Shown one piece after another: positions 25,927 to 39,974 of a stretch of 64,000 nt of DNA. The DNA comes from Malacoraja senta. Lineage: Eukaryota. Position 1 is the first letter of the stretch. Each line of letters begins with the position of its first letter. A program made the translations under genes and the position numbers. The notes beneath the pieces were generated by a model. It was not told the DNA's origin. It saw nothing but the letters and a program-made list of their open reading frames with translations, and ran no database searches. Location: contig CM075989.1 of the NCBI GenBank assembly GCA_038087875.1, positions 12,340,001 through 12,404,000 on the forward strand, given 5' to 3'.

Positions 25927-26299
25927 GAGAGAGAGAGAGAGAGTGAGATGTGATACAGAAAGTGAAATAGGTATAAGGACAAACAGAGACATGGAAGGAC
26001 ATAGAGTAATATAGTCATTGAGCTGTGCATCATGGTAACAGGCCTTTCGGCTCACCCTGTCCATACCGACCAAGTTGTCATGTTGGGCTACAGAAACAAA
26101 GAACTGCAGATGCTGGTTTATACCAAAGATAGGCACAAAGTGCTGGAGTAACTCAGCGGGCCAGAGAGCAGGGATAGGTGAACTGCGGAACTGGTTAAAT
26201 AACTCGGGTGGAGAAAGGGGGCAAGAGGGGAGGGGAGGAGAGTGTAGGTAGACGTTACTTAAAATTAGTGAAATTAACATTCATACCGCTGGGTTGTAA

Positions 26300-27125
26300 G
26301 CATATTAGAATCCCATTTGCTTGCATATGGCTCATAACTCTCTAAACTTTATTTCCAAATGTCTCTTAAAAATCATAAATGTATTCTTCTATTGCTTCTT
26401 CTAGCAGCTCATTCCAGATACAGGCTACCCTCAGAGTTAAAAAGTTGCCCGAGGTCCCTCTCTCCTTAAATCTCTGCCCTCTTACCTTAAGCCTATGTCT
26501 TCTAATTTTAGAATGGCAAAAAGACTGTGAGAGTTTGCTTTATCCATGTTCTTCATTACATTGGATACCTCAGTAAGGTCACCCCTTAGCTTCCGATGCT
26601 CAAAAAAAAATCTTAGCCTATCCAACCTCTCCCTTTAATGCAAGGCCAGAAAACATCCTGGTGAATCTCTTCTACACCCGTTTCAACTTAATGACATCCT
26701 TCCTGTAGCTGGGCAACCAGAACTGCACAGTTTTCCAAGAGTGCCCACACAATCGACTTGTACAGTTGAATCATGACGTGTCAACCTTTGTATTCCATAC
26801 CTTCCCAATGAAGGCAAGGGTACTAAATGCCTTCTTCTCCATACTGTTCACTTGACTTGCCATTTTTAAGGAACCAGGTACCTGTACTCCCAGCACTTTC
26901 CAGGGCTCTACCATTCACTGTGCAAGATCTACCCTCATTTGACATGCCAAAGCACAACATCTTGCACTCGTCTGTGTTAAATTCAATTTGCCATGCCTTG
27001 GCCTATCTTCCCAACTAACCTAGATATTCTTGTAAACTTAAGATATCTTTCCTCACTCTACTATACCACTAAATTTGGTGTCATCAGCAAATTTGCTAAC
27101 AATGCTATCTATATTGTCATCCAAA
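26300..27125 (-). mobile_element. Decayed CR1 fragment
   Basis: Minus-strand FADDTK-like sequence and CR1 3' motifs. Confidence 0.75.
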
Positions 27126-28120
27126 TTTGTCCTCTTTGTTCTCGGCATTCCCTGTATCTAAGTTCTACCCATATAACCTTACTGGACTATCACCCATGAA
27201 CGTGGGGGATAGAGAGATCAGTGTGAGGGATACTAATATGCTAGGGCAATTATTTGATCAAGAAGTGGATGAATTGGGTCTCTTGAAAAAGCATTAAAGT
27301 GGATAAATCCCCAGGGCCTGATGCGATCTATGACAGGTTATTAAGAGAGAAGGACAAGTGAGAAGATTGCAGGAGCCTTGATGAAAATCTTTGTATCTTT
27401 TCTTGCCATAGGCAAGGACCTGGAGGATTGGAGATTTGTTCCTTTGTTTAAAAACGTAAGTAGAAATAATCCAGTATGGGAATGGGAGGGGGAGTTAAAG
27501 TGTTCAGTGACCGGGAGATTACATAAGCCTAAACGGACTGAGCGAAGGTGTTCAGCACAACAATCACCAAGCCTGCGGTTGGGTGCTTAGAATGCAATGC
27601 CAATGGTGACTGTGGAACCATTAATATCTTGACATTTACAAGGCTTTTTGAAAGGCACATGGATATGCAGGGACTGGAGGAATATGGATCATGCACAGGC
27701 AGAAGAGATGAGTCTAGCTTGGCAGCATGATCAGTGCAGACATTGTAGGCAGAAGGGCCTGTTCCCATGCTGTATTTTTCAATGTTCTATGCTCCTTTGT
27801 GTTTCAAGAGCTTCTGGTTTTTGCTTTGAAGATTGTGGCACAGTTAGCACTTCTGGAAAATAGACAAAATACAATAATCATTCACCCAATACCGAGTCCA
27901 CCTGGTCTATATGGAGCTGTCTGGAATGTTCCCTTTGGACACTAATTCCTTCTCCAGTGTTCAAAGGTATAATCCCCACTTTTGCTATTTCCTCCATCTT
28001 CCTAAAACTGTTGCCAGAGCTACTGTCTACAGTGTTTCGTAAGATTTCGATACACCATTTCACAGCAATATTCTGGTTCATTCAATGGTTCCAGTCCTAT
28101 ATCATTGGACTACTTATTAC

Positions 28121-28256
28121 CTTAAATGATACAACAAACACTCCATCTGTTTCACTCCCATATTTCTGAATGGCTTCCGCATCCTCAGTAACCATAACAA
28201 CTGGCATTAGTCCTGCAAGATGATTATAATACCAGACTGTGGCATAGTAAATGCAC
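28121..28256 (-). CDS. DIS3L: DIS3L exon 4
   Basis: [45 protein letters not shown]; 136 nt. Confidence 0.96.
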
Positions 28257-29085
28257 CTAGAACAAATAATTAACATTTTTATTAATTTTGTTTGCATGAC
28301 TTAAAATTCAAATATTTTCACAGCATGACAGGACTGTAAGACCAATCAGTTTCAGAAAAAGCTCAGAAACCTTTTTTTCCTAATTTCAAACATCCCCTAA
28401 TTTCCCAAATATATTCCAGCAAAACAAAAATTCTTATATTGGTTAAATGCCTCTGACTTGGATAAAAATAAAATTTACATTGCAACATTAAAATATGTAC
28501 AAATTCACCCATAAATCTCCACCTTTCCAGAGCATAACAAGATGTTGCACATTCTGCATTCCCTGCCATGCATTACAACTGCTACATAATCATGTGACTT
28601 TATCATTCGAAAGTCATCTATAATTGCTCTTGTCAGCCGCAGGTGACATTCCACCATAAAAACGACAGGAGCTGCAATAAAGTTCAATGAGACAAAGATG
28701 CCCAAGAGCACCACAGTCTCATAGCCGCTTTTCTTCTCAGTTCCAAAACCACTGGAAATAGTTTGCCTTGTTCCAGCCTTAGTAACTATAAATCTTCATA
28801 AAATAGTTTAGTTTAGCTATAAACTGTGTCAATCCTTGATTAGATTAGCAGCTCGATAGTTAGCGATAGCACTAGTGGTTCTGGATCAACTCCAAATTGT
28901 TTTCTGCAAGACTGAATTAAATGTTTTTCTGCCAAATTATATATTAATATATTTCCATTCATTTTTTCCAAAATATTTTAAAGCGCCAGAGTGAATTAAA
29001 GACTAGCGAGATGAGTGTAGAATATTTTACCATAATTAGTTTCCTTAAACAGGTAGAAAGATTTAAATGAATTTTAAAGACAAAC

Positions 29086-29214
29086 CTGGTCTGCCATTTT
29101 TCTGGAGACTCTCCTTGCTCTCTCGGGACATACGAGTACAACTGAAATTCATTGAAGAACATAACGCATTCATGACGAGCATCCCTCAGCAGGTTCCGCA
29201 GCTTGTTATACTGC
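29086..29214 (-). CDS. DIS3L: DIS3L exon 3
   Basis: [42 protein letters not shown]; 129 nt. Confidence 0.96.
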
Positions 29215-29919
29215 CTGCAATGAAACAATTTATGATACAACCATGCCAGCTCCAATGGTATTTCCATAATTGCTCATTTAAAAAAAAAAGAACATTCCAT
29301 TCCGATTCTTCCACCATCACAACTATGAGATTCCTACCTTTTTGCGCTGAAAGTGGAGCCAATTGACATCACCACCGTGATATTTTGTTCCCAGTATATT
29401 CCTAGCACTTTCATCAGTACACAAGGCATTTCTTTTATTTTTTAGATCTGGGCATCACTAAGGCCATTATTTATCACCAATCTCAAATTGCTCTGGAGAA
29501 GATGGTAGTAAACTGCCTCCTTGAACTGCTGAATCCCTTGTGATGAAGGTGTAGCTAGTCACAGATGGTGCGCAGAAGCTATTGGGATGGTTTTTCCTTC
29601 CTTTCATTGTGAACGTTTAAAAGGAAAATGTTTAAAGGAAAATTATTGAAGCCGTTCCTCTAATTCCTCAATTTCCTTTCTTAATCCAACTGCATAGAGA
29701 TGGCCTGGAATGTTGCTGTGAACTCGTGACTAAGTCTCATTTTCCCTATTTCACCATGGTAGAGGTCTCAGTCTTTGTCAGGTTGCTTTCCACTGGTTTC
29801 CTCGCTAAACACAACCCCACAAGCAATACCTTGTCTCCTGATTGATAGAAATATTTCACTCTCAAATTATTAATGACTTTCGTCTGCATTAATACCACTT
29901 TATAAAATTCATTCTTGGG

Positions 29920-31870
29920 ATCTAGGTGTCACTCACAAGGCCAGCATTTATTGCCCATCCTTAACTAACTTTGAGGAGATGCTGATGAGCCACCTTCTTG
30001 AACTTCTGCAGTCCTTCTGGCAAAGGGACTCCCACAGTGTGGTTGGAGAGGTTGGTCCAGGAATTAGATCTGGGGCAATGAAAGACCAGGAAGGTATGCA
30101 ACAGGAAGGAGTGCATAGTGTTGGCAGTGTTCCCATGCATCTGCTACTTCTGTCCTTGGTGGTACAGATCACAGGTTTGGGAATGCTGTCAGAGTGGGCT
30201 AAATGACCCATTTCAGTGCACAGCACACACAATAGGCACAGTGCACTGGCGGTGAAGGGAATATATGTTTAGGTGGTGCATAGGGTACCAATCAAGCAGA
30301 CTGTTAGGTCCTCGATGGTGTTGAGCTTTCCATGAGTTGTTGGAGCTGCACTTATCCAGGCAGAGTAGAGAGTATCCCCTCAAACTCCTGAACTGTGTCT
30401 TGTACATGGTATAAAGATTTTAGAGTGCCAGGAGGTGAATCATTGACACCTAGTCCATAACTTTGCCTTGTAGCCACAGTAGCTATGTGGCTGGCCCTTT
30501 TGAATTTCTGTTGAAGATCTGAAGATGGCTGGGCCTAGGTCACTACCCCAAGGAATTCCTGCAGTAATGTTTATGGGGCTGTATGATCAACCTCCAACAA
30601 TCACAACCATCTTCCATTGTGCAAGCTATGGCTCCATCTATTGTATTGTTTTCTCCTAGATGCTCATTGACTTAATCTTTATCATTGTGTTGTATTGCAC
30701 ACCCATATGCTAAATGAGGCAGATTGTGACACAAATCTAGCAATTTAAGACTGAACAACCAGCGCTGTGGGCCATCAGCAGCAGCAAAATTGTACTCAAA
30801 CACAATCTGCAACCTTATGGCCTGGCATAAACCCTGTTCTACCATCACCATCAAGCCACAGGATGAACCTTAATTCAATGAGAAGGAGGACATGCCAGGA
30901 TCAGCATCGGGTATACCTCTAAATGAGGAATCAACCTGGCTACAAAATAGTACTATTTGCACACCAAAGAGAATAAACAACATGCAATAGACAGAGCTAA
31001 GCGGTCGTACAATTGATCAATAGATCAATCAATCAATCAATCAAAACTTTATTGTCATTCAGAAATACATCAATAAATGCAATTCTAAACGAAATTTCGT
31101 TGCATCTGGCTCCCCGTGCAACACAAAAATAACAGAAGGATAAAATGGATAAAAAAGATAAAATGGGTAAAAAGATAAAATAGATAATGGTGGCGGCCCA
31201 TTACATCTAATCCGATCCGATCTAACCCCTGCAATCCTGCCTTCAACCAACGATTCACTCCATGTGACATCAAGAATTAGCAAATGGCATTGGGTACAAC
31301 AAAGGCCTGGGGCCCTGACATTCTGGCAATAGTACTGAAGGCTTCAGCTCCAGTACCTATTGCACCCTTGGCCTAGTGTTCCAATACTACAACAAATGTG
31401 GAAAATTGCCCAGGTATGTACTGTCCACAAGAAGTAGGACAAATCTGACCCATGCAATTAGCGCCCTATTAGTCTACTCTCGATCATCAACAAAGTGATG
31501 GATATCAAAAGCTCAGTTTGTATTCCAGCAAAATCACTCAACTCTTGACATTACAACTTTGGTCCAAACATGGACAAAAGAGCTGAACTCCATAGGTGAA
31601 GTGAGAGTAACTGCCCTTGACATCAATGCAGCAAAGAACAAGGGCAGCAATAGCATAGGAATCGTCACCTTGCAATTTCTCTCCAAGCCATACACCATCC
31701 AGACTTGGAAATATATGTCCATTTCTTCACCTTCACTGGGTCAAAATCTTGAAAATCTCTCCCTAACAGCTCAAGAAGAGCAGCTATTTAAGGCACAACT
31801 CACCACTACCTGCTCAATGGCAATTAGGGACGGGTAATTAAATACTGGTTCAGCCTTCAAAGCACACATT
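29920..31870. mobile_element. Back-to-back decayed CR1/L2-group LINE fragments (minus ~29920-30680, plus ~30690-31870)
   Basis: The same 3' motif (ggcaattagggaYggg..ataaatgctgg) points outward at both ends; RT remnants KA.GPD and PISLLSII.KVM. Confidence 0.6.
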
Positions 31871-32504
31871 CCTTAAATGAATAAAAAGGGCATCTTGGTG
31901 TCACTTCCAGTCAAAGCCTGCCTTGAAGTCAAAGGCTGTGAAAAAGTATTGTGACTGTACCTGATCAGCTTGGCTAAGGAATCAAAGACCAAATTAAAGT
32001 TAGGAAATAAATTTGGTGATACAATAACCCCGTACAAGAATGTTTTGATAACAAAATAAAGGAGTTACAACAATCTCATTAGCTTAGAAGAAATGTGTTT
32101 ATTGGTAAGAATCAATATATATTATCAGAAGAACTAAATGTGGAATGGGATTTAATTAGATTCTCCTTAACAATTATATTTTATCTTTAGGCATAGTCAT
32201 GCAATGCAAGGATGTGTTGAGAGTCAGCTAATAGAGGTAAAGGGATGTAGTATGAGACTGTAGAAAGCAAAATATTACTATCTTCACTCATGTCAATCCA
32301 TACAAATACTGTAAAACTACCCATTACTTTGCAGTTTGAAGATGCAAATCTATACAAGTAAAAAAGATGTGATCAGGTCTGTGTATATTGACATTTTGAT
32401 AAGGAAAGTGACAGAAGGTAATGAGCTTTTCGATTTCAACTTGATCAATATAAATACTCAGCTCAGTACCAGAATATATTAGAATCTCCAGCCACCAATT
32501 ATAA

Positions 32505-32815
32505 GTGTTTAGTTATACAGCATGGAAACGGGTCTTTCGGCCCATCGAGTCCACGCCGGCCATCAATCACCGCTTCACAATAGTTCTATGTTATCCACTT
32601 TCACATCAACTCCTTACACACAAGGGGTAACTTATAGAGGCCAAATAACCTACAAGCCCGTGCGTCTTTGGGATGTGGGAGGAAATCAGAGCAGCCATAG
32701 GAAACCCGGGGAGGCCACAGGGAGTGTTACCACCACACAGATAGCACCCGAGTTCAGGATCGAACTCGAGTCTCTTGCGTTGTGAGGCAGCAGCTGCGTC
32801 ACTGTGCCACACTGT
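32505..32815 (-). mobile_element. tRNA-derived SINE (family also at ~23600, 33200, 44100, 49340, 54740)
   Basis: B-box-like gagttcgatcc head; conserved body; CR1-like tail. Confidence 0.75.
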
Positions 32816-35321
32816 GTTTTATTTTAAGTGTATACCGAAGTATCAGTATCTCTTAAACCCGGAACAAAATTATAAATAAGTGACCTCAATGCTTCTAAAA
32901 ACTTCTAAGACCTTCGGGAATAGACAGAACATTTAAATTAGAAAATAAAATGTTCATCCAAACAATTGATAGCTTTAAAATAGCAAAACCAATGGATTTC
33001 TATTAAGGGGAAAAATAATTTGACATTTCAGAACCACAATAGATTAAGTTAAAGAGAATATTCTTCTATGACTTCTGATAACATTTGGTGAATTAGCAGA
33101 AGACTTTACACTGACTTTACAGAGCTGTTTTAATTGGGAGCTTCATGGAAGTGAGAAGCTGCATTAAAAAGCCACACTGCTTTACAGGTCTATCTACTCG
33201 GGTTCAATGCTGTCCTTGGGTGCTATCTGTGTGGAGTTTGCATGTTCTTTTTTGTCACTGCCTGAGTTTCCTGTGACTATTCTGGTTTCCTTCCACGTTC
33301 AGACTTGCTGGTTGGTTAATTAGCTATCGTGAATTGCCCCTAGTATAGATGCATGATGGTGGGTTAATTGGCGGGAAACAAAGGGTCTGTGAGAGAGTTT
33401 ACATGGAATTAAGTGGGAGAAATAGGGCAATGGGTGTACTCTGAAGCTGGGCAGAGACTCCAGGGACTGAATTGCCTCTATCCTGTGACACAAGGAAATG
33501 TCAGAAATATAAAACACTATGCAAATCCAAAGTGCTGGGGGTTTTTTGTTTCTTTAATCATATTTGCCTTTTCATATAATGCTATATATGAGTCGAGCTC
33601 AAACTTTTATATACATCAAAAATGAGTTAGGAAGAATCTTACAACCCTTAAATATTCCAACAGAAACAGTAAAGAAAGAAAATGGTCCCAGGCACAGATA
33701 TCCATATAACACACAGTGGGAATCAACTGAACAACAGGGACACAATGAACAGCAATCTGTTAAATTGAGCAGCTTTGATTAAAATAGCCTGGGGCTTTTA
33801 ACAGACGCTCAGTCCTCAAGGGAAAAGTTCACAAAATGTCATTAGTAAGTTAATTTAACTGATTGTAGGTTTAACCATTTACACCTTCTGGAAAATTGAA
33901 AAATACAATTAAATACTTTGATTTATTTAAAAAACCTCCAAAGCCAAATACTTATTATTGACTGTGGATAAATAAATCAATAATTGTACATTTTCTCCAT
34001 CTCCTGGTTTCAAGTTTGTTTGAACCATGTATCCACATGGATAGGAGGAGGAATGAGATACAGATAAGAGCTTGGAGATCTAGGAAAGATGTTCAATAGG
34101 TGACAATCTAAGGGTTACTCTCAGTGTCCTGTGCCAATATGTAAAGACATAGGAGAATAAAGCAGATGATGGTGTGGCTGGAGAGACAGTGCCAGAGGAA
34201 GACTTTACACTCTGAGGCATTGGAACTATTGTTGAGACAGGTTGCACCTGTAAACATCAAACAGATTGCTCTTCACAGAGCCAGAACTTATCTCCTTGCA
34301 GAGGGGTTTGCAAGTGTTACTGGGGAGAACTGCTGTGTGTTACGAGAGACATAATAGATTGCAAATGCTAGCACATCAGGTGCAAAACACAAAGTGCTGG
34401 AAGAACTCAGCGGGTCTGTGGAGGAAAATGGACAGTTGACCTTTCGGGTCGAGGCTCTTCCTCTGGACTGAAATAATGCTGGAGAGGTGGCCAGTATAAA
34501 AAGGTGAGGGGAAGTGGGGCAAGAGGTGACATGCGGCAGGTGGATCTTGGTGAGAACAGGTGGATTGAGTCAGGTGAGAGAGAGAGAGAGGGGTGGAGAT
34601 AATGAGAGAGGCTGGAATGTGATAGGTGGAGGCAACTGAGGGCTCCAGATGATGAAATCTGATGGGTAAGTAAGATGTGGAAAGAGACCAAATAAGGGAG
34701 GTCAGATGGGAACAGTGGAGGTAGGGAACCTGATGGGAAGAGTGTGTGAGTAAATGGGCAGATGGTTTAGGTGGGAAAGGAGCTAGGGGATGGGTGTTCT
34801 GGCAGGATCTGGGTGCATAGAGGCACTGAGGGGGAGCAGGTTAATGAAACTAGAGAAATCAATGTTTATGCAATCAAGATGTACACTACCAAGACAGAAT
34901 AAAAAGTTCTGTTCCTCTAGTTTGCGCTTGGCCCCACTTTTTAAGTTTAGGTTTATTATTGTCATGTGTACTGAGATATAGTGAAAAGCTTTGTTTTGCA
35001 TTCTATCCAAACAGATCAGATAATACCATACATAAATCAAATCGTCAAATTTGCAATAGATAAAGCAAAGGGGAAGATACAGACTTCAGAATATAGTTCT
35101 CAGCATTGCATTGCATCAAATCCATAAATAAAGATCAATATTCACAATGGGATAGAGGTGAAACGAACAGTACCCTAACTTGTGGAAAGACCGGAAACCA
35201 GGAAAAAGAAGGGAAGTCGTTGTTTCTGAGTCTGGTAGTTCATGCTTTCAAGCTTCTGTATCTCTTCTGGACAGGAGCAGGCAGAACAAGGAATGACCAG
35301 GGTGGGACAAGTTTTTGATTA

Positions 35322-35812
35322 TAGACACAAAATGCTGGAATAACTCAGGACAGGCAGCATCTCTGATAGGAAAAGGTGACGTTTCGGGTTGAGACCCATC
35401 TTCAGACTGTGAGTCAGGGGAGAGGGAGACAGAGATAAGGACATGTAAGGTGTGAAAACGAGACATCAAAGGGGATGCACATCAAGGAAAAATGTAGAAA
35501 ATATCATTGTTAGCTAGAAGATGACAACAAAGCATACATGAAAATTAATCAGGGGGACAGTCAGACCGGTTGGAGAGCTAGGAAGGGGGAAGGATGGAGA
35601 GAGAGAGGGAAAGCAAAGGTTACTTGAAGTTAGAGAAGTCAATATTCATGCCACTGGGGTGTAAGCTGCCCAAGCGAAATATGAGTTGCTGCTCCTCCAA
35701 TTTGCACTGGGCCGCACACTGACAGTGGAGGAGGCCCAGAACAGAAAGGTCAGTGTGGGAATATGAGGGGGAGTTAAAGTGTTTATCAACCAGGAGATCA
35801 GGTAGGTATTGG
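35322..35812 (-). mobile_element. Penelope-like element 3' portion
   Basis: KLEEQQLIFRLGSLHPSGMNIDF (GIY-YIG C-terminus) followed by a CTGAAGA...GAAACGTC repeat. Confidence 0.7.
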
Positions 35813-38800
35813 CAGAGGAAAGAATCTGGAAACTGGAGGTGCATGTGATAGTTGTGTTATTGCAATCATGGGAGACTTTAACTTGCTTGTAGACTGGACT
35901 GCTCAAATTTACTGTATTAACTTGGAAAATGAATTCCTGAGTACACACTAGATGCTTTTTACCTCAATATGTTAAGGAGAAAACTAGGTCAAAACTAGAT
36001 AACCCGTTGTTGAGGGATCTTTGGCAAAGAATGACAACAAAAGTAATAGAATTTGATAAGTTTGAAAGTGATGCAGAAATAAAGTATTTATTTTTTGCAA
36101 AATATCCAATAAGGCTCAAAGTCCCAACAGGAAATGTGATCCATCTGTGACGGACAGGTGAAATTAAAGAGCATTAAATCCAAGGGAGAGGCTTATAGCA
36201 TTATCAGAAATAGCACAGACCTGAGTATTGGGAGGAATTTTCAGAAAAGGCGGACAAAGAAATAGAACATAAACCAGCACAATACAGGAACAGGCCATAC
36301 AGCCAATGTGTAACATGATGCCAAATTAAACTAATCCCTTCTGCCTGCGCATCTCCATATTCCTCCATTCCCTACATGTTCAAGTTTCTTTATGCATGTT
36401 AAACACACTATAACATGTTTCCAGGCACCTACCACTCTGTGTAAAATAACTTGCCTATCACATCCCCTTTAATCCTTTAACAGTTATACCCCCTAGTATT
36501 TGGCTTTTGGGAAAAAGGTTCTGACTGTCTATCCTACCTACATCTCTCATAATTTTGTAATCGTCCATCAGGTCTCCTCTCAACCTCCAACATGTAAGAG
36601 AAAATAATTCAAATTCATCCAAACTCTCTTTACACCTAATACCCTCTAATGCAGACAGCATTCTGATAAATCACCTCTGCACGCTCTCCAAAGCGTCCAC
36701 ATCCTACTTGTTATGGGGCGACCAGAAATGAATAAAATACTCCAAACGCCTCGATTCTCAATTTGTTGATGATACTGAACTACGTGAAGCTGTGAGTATG
36801 GACGATGTAAGAGCAGATATAGAGAAGCTGAAAGAGCAGCTGAGAATGCGGAATTAGGAATGTAGGTTGGAAAATGTGAGGTTATCTGCTTTGGTATACA
36901 TATGTGGACACAAGAGGAAAAAAGTGTTTATGAAAGTGTGAGATTGGGTGTTGATGTTCAAGGTGACCCAAGTGGGCTATTACACAAGTTGCTCGAAAAC
37001 AACATTGATATAGATAATGATTAATAGGGAAAATAGCCTTTTTATAAATAAGGGTTTGATCTCAAGAGCAAGGAAGGCGTATTGCACAAGGACTCAGTGA
37101 TTCTGCACCTGTTTCTGAGGTAGATGTCAGACCAGGCTCAAATGGCTGGATGGCCTACCCCAAAGTTCTTTATGCACTAATTCAGGATGCTGTATCATTA
37201 CACTGTCAGCAGACAAATTAGAGGTCATTTAATAAGACTGCTTGGCAACATACAAGCAGCTTCTATTGAATACTATTACCTCATAACAAATTTTAATTTG
37301 TCCTGTTCAAATGAAGCCTCACAATAATACAATAACTTTATAAACCACATTTAATTTATTTTAAATCCTTCCACTGGACACTACAGACATAATGGTGAGA
37401 GTAACAGAATGGCAGGCTCTAGAGTTTAGATGAAGGTGCAAATAAATTAATCACATAATGCATTTTAGATAACATTTTACAAAATAAAATGTGGGGAAAG
37501 AGAGAAATTTAAGGAAAATATCAAGAGCAGGCTCCCTATGACCAATGGAGTGTATGAAGTGACAGACAATTAGAAAGCCAGAGTTTGAAAGCCAAAGTAG
37601 TAATTTTAAATTTAAGATGCTAGAGGTAGATAGGTTGTCAGAGCTGCAAGTGATGGGAGATGAACAAAATGAAGACAAATGTGGTTTGGGATTTTAAGGA
37701 ACATAGATGAAGACTTGTGAGGAAAGCACTAAAATGATTGATCATAGTTGCAGAAGCAAAGCTCAGGCAAGGATTTTCAGTGATGGGAGCCCAGAGACAG
37801 GGTCAGAGAGGAGCAATGGCCCAGAGACTTTGTAAGGAACAGTATCTTGGATTTGAAATACTGAACAGATTCAAATTATCATGTTTTTGTAGAACTTTAC
37901 TCAGCCTTGGCAAGCTATCGAGTAGTAGAAATAAATGTGACAATATGACAGAATTGATGGCTACCAGCAAAAAGAAGTTCCAAATAATCTATGATTTGAA
38001 CAATCTGCCTTGTAGAGAATTCCGAGGATGAATTTACAATTCAAATTTAGAAAATAATGCAATGTACCAAGATATCTTTCTGATAAGTTACCTGAAAAAA
38101 GTGCCCTCATTTTCCCTGTTCACAGATGGCACCTTCATTCAGCCTTCAACATAGCATTAAATTTAGAAAATTGACAGAAGTTAAGCTTGGCTCCCTACGT
38201 TCTTTAGCTGGAAGCTACTGGCAAAAGAAATAGAATGGAACAGAGTAACATTTTGAAAAATCTTGCTAGGCTCCATTTCAACAGAACAAATATTGCATCT
38301 CCATAAGAAAAAACAGGATTTTGGAATATGTAATGCTTTTTCAACCAAGGTGATCATTATTTTACATTCTTCATAAAGCCAAAGGGATTCAGAAGGAGAA
38401 ACATCAATCAGACTTACAAAAGGCCCCTGACAACGTTCCACACGTAAATGGAAATCTCTGGGAATTCAGCATAAATTATGAGTGGACAAAAATCAAATTA
38501 AGTAGCAAATATTTATTTGTTGGAGTAAAATAAATAAATTAATGGTGAAAAAAAATCAACGCTCTGTGCTTCATCTACTATTAATCAAATTAATAATAAG
38601 ATAATAGCAATGTGACATTAGAAAATGCATATTGTAAATTACCAAACAAATTAAAATATATATCGGAGTTCCAAACAACAAATAAGATTTAAGATGGACG
38701 CAATCGAAAAAGTAAAAGAAAAACATAAATATTTCACAATGGGATCATATTAACTGTGGATGAGCTCAAAAGTAATCATGGAACCTCGGCTTAATGCTCA

Positions 38801-39099
38801 ACATATACAACTGAAACGCAGCAGAAATATATGAGGCTAATTTAATGATAACTTGCATAACTAAAACGGTTAATAAATTAAGTTTTGTTCTTAGAGACGG
38901 TGAAATATTAGAATTATTGCAAAGAGCCATAAAACTGACCTGTACTTATGAGTTACAACTGAGTGGTGAGCAAAAATTGAAGCAAGTTGACCTTTTCAGC
39001 ATGGAGATGTAGTATCCAAGGTTTTTTCATATCAAGGTTGTTAAGGAAATGAATAAGTTAAAAGGAAAACAATAAAATGGCTGAGACAGAGGGTGAGTC

Positions 39100-39970
39100 T
39101 GAGTAAAGACGAATTACAGATGGTGATGAGTCAGAGTATAGAAGTGAGTTCGATCGATTGACCAAATGGTGCCAGCACAACAACCTGGCTCTCAACATCA
39201 GTAAAACCAAGGACCTGATTGTGGACTTTGGAAGAGGAAGGATGAGGATCCACAATCCTGTTTATATCAATGGGACGATGGTGGAGAGAGTCAAAAACTT
39301 CAAATTCCTGGGCGTGCATATTTCCGAAGATCTTTCCTGGACCCAGCACACTGATGCAATTATAAAGTAAGCACATCAGCGCCTCTACCTCCTGAGAAGA
39401 TTATGAAGATTCGGTATGTCAAAAAGGATTCTCTTGAACTTCGACAGGTACACAGTAGAGAGCATACTGACTGGTTGCATCATGGCCTGGTTTGGCAACT
39501 TGAACGTCCAGGAGCGGAAAAGATTGTAAAAAGTTGTGACCACTGCCCTGTCCATCACCGTCTCTGACCTCCCCACCATCGAAAGGATTTATCGAAGTCG
39601 CTGCCTCAAAAAGGCAGCCAACATCATCAGAGACCCACACCATCCTGGCCACACACTCATTTCACCATTGCCATCGAGAAGAAGGTACAGGAGCCTGAAA
39701 ACTGTAACGTCCAGGTTCAGGAACAGCTTCTTCCCTTCAGCCATCAGGCTATTAAACACGACAACAAATAAGCTCTGAACTACAATAGACTATTATTATT
39801 ATTGCACTATAATTGTTTGTTTATTGAGTATGTGTGCATGTATATCTACACACACTGAACTTTTTTTTCCTCCTGTTATGTACTATATTTACATATTCTG
39901 TTGTGCTGCAGCAAGTAAGAATTTCATTGTTCTATCTGGTACATATGACAATAAAACACTCTTGACTTGA
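39100..39970 (+). mobile_element. Rex1/Babar LINE 3' fragment (others at ~47790-48280, 54160-54610, 61520-61960)
   Basis: WCQHNNLALNISKTKDLIVDF, FKFLGVHISEDLSW and RFRNSFFPSAIRLLN; AATAAA then (CTTGA)n tail. Confidence 0.88.
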
Positions 39971-39974
39971 TTCT

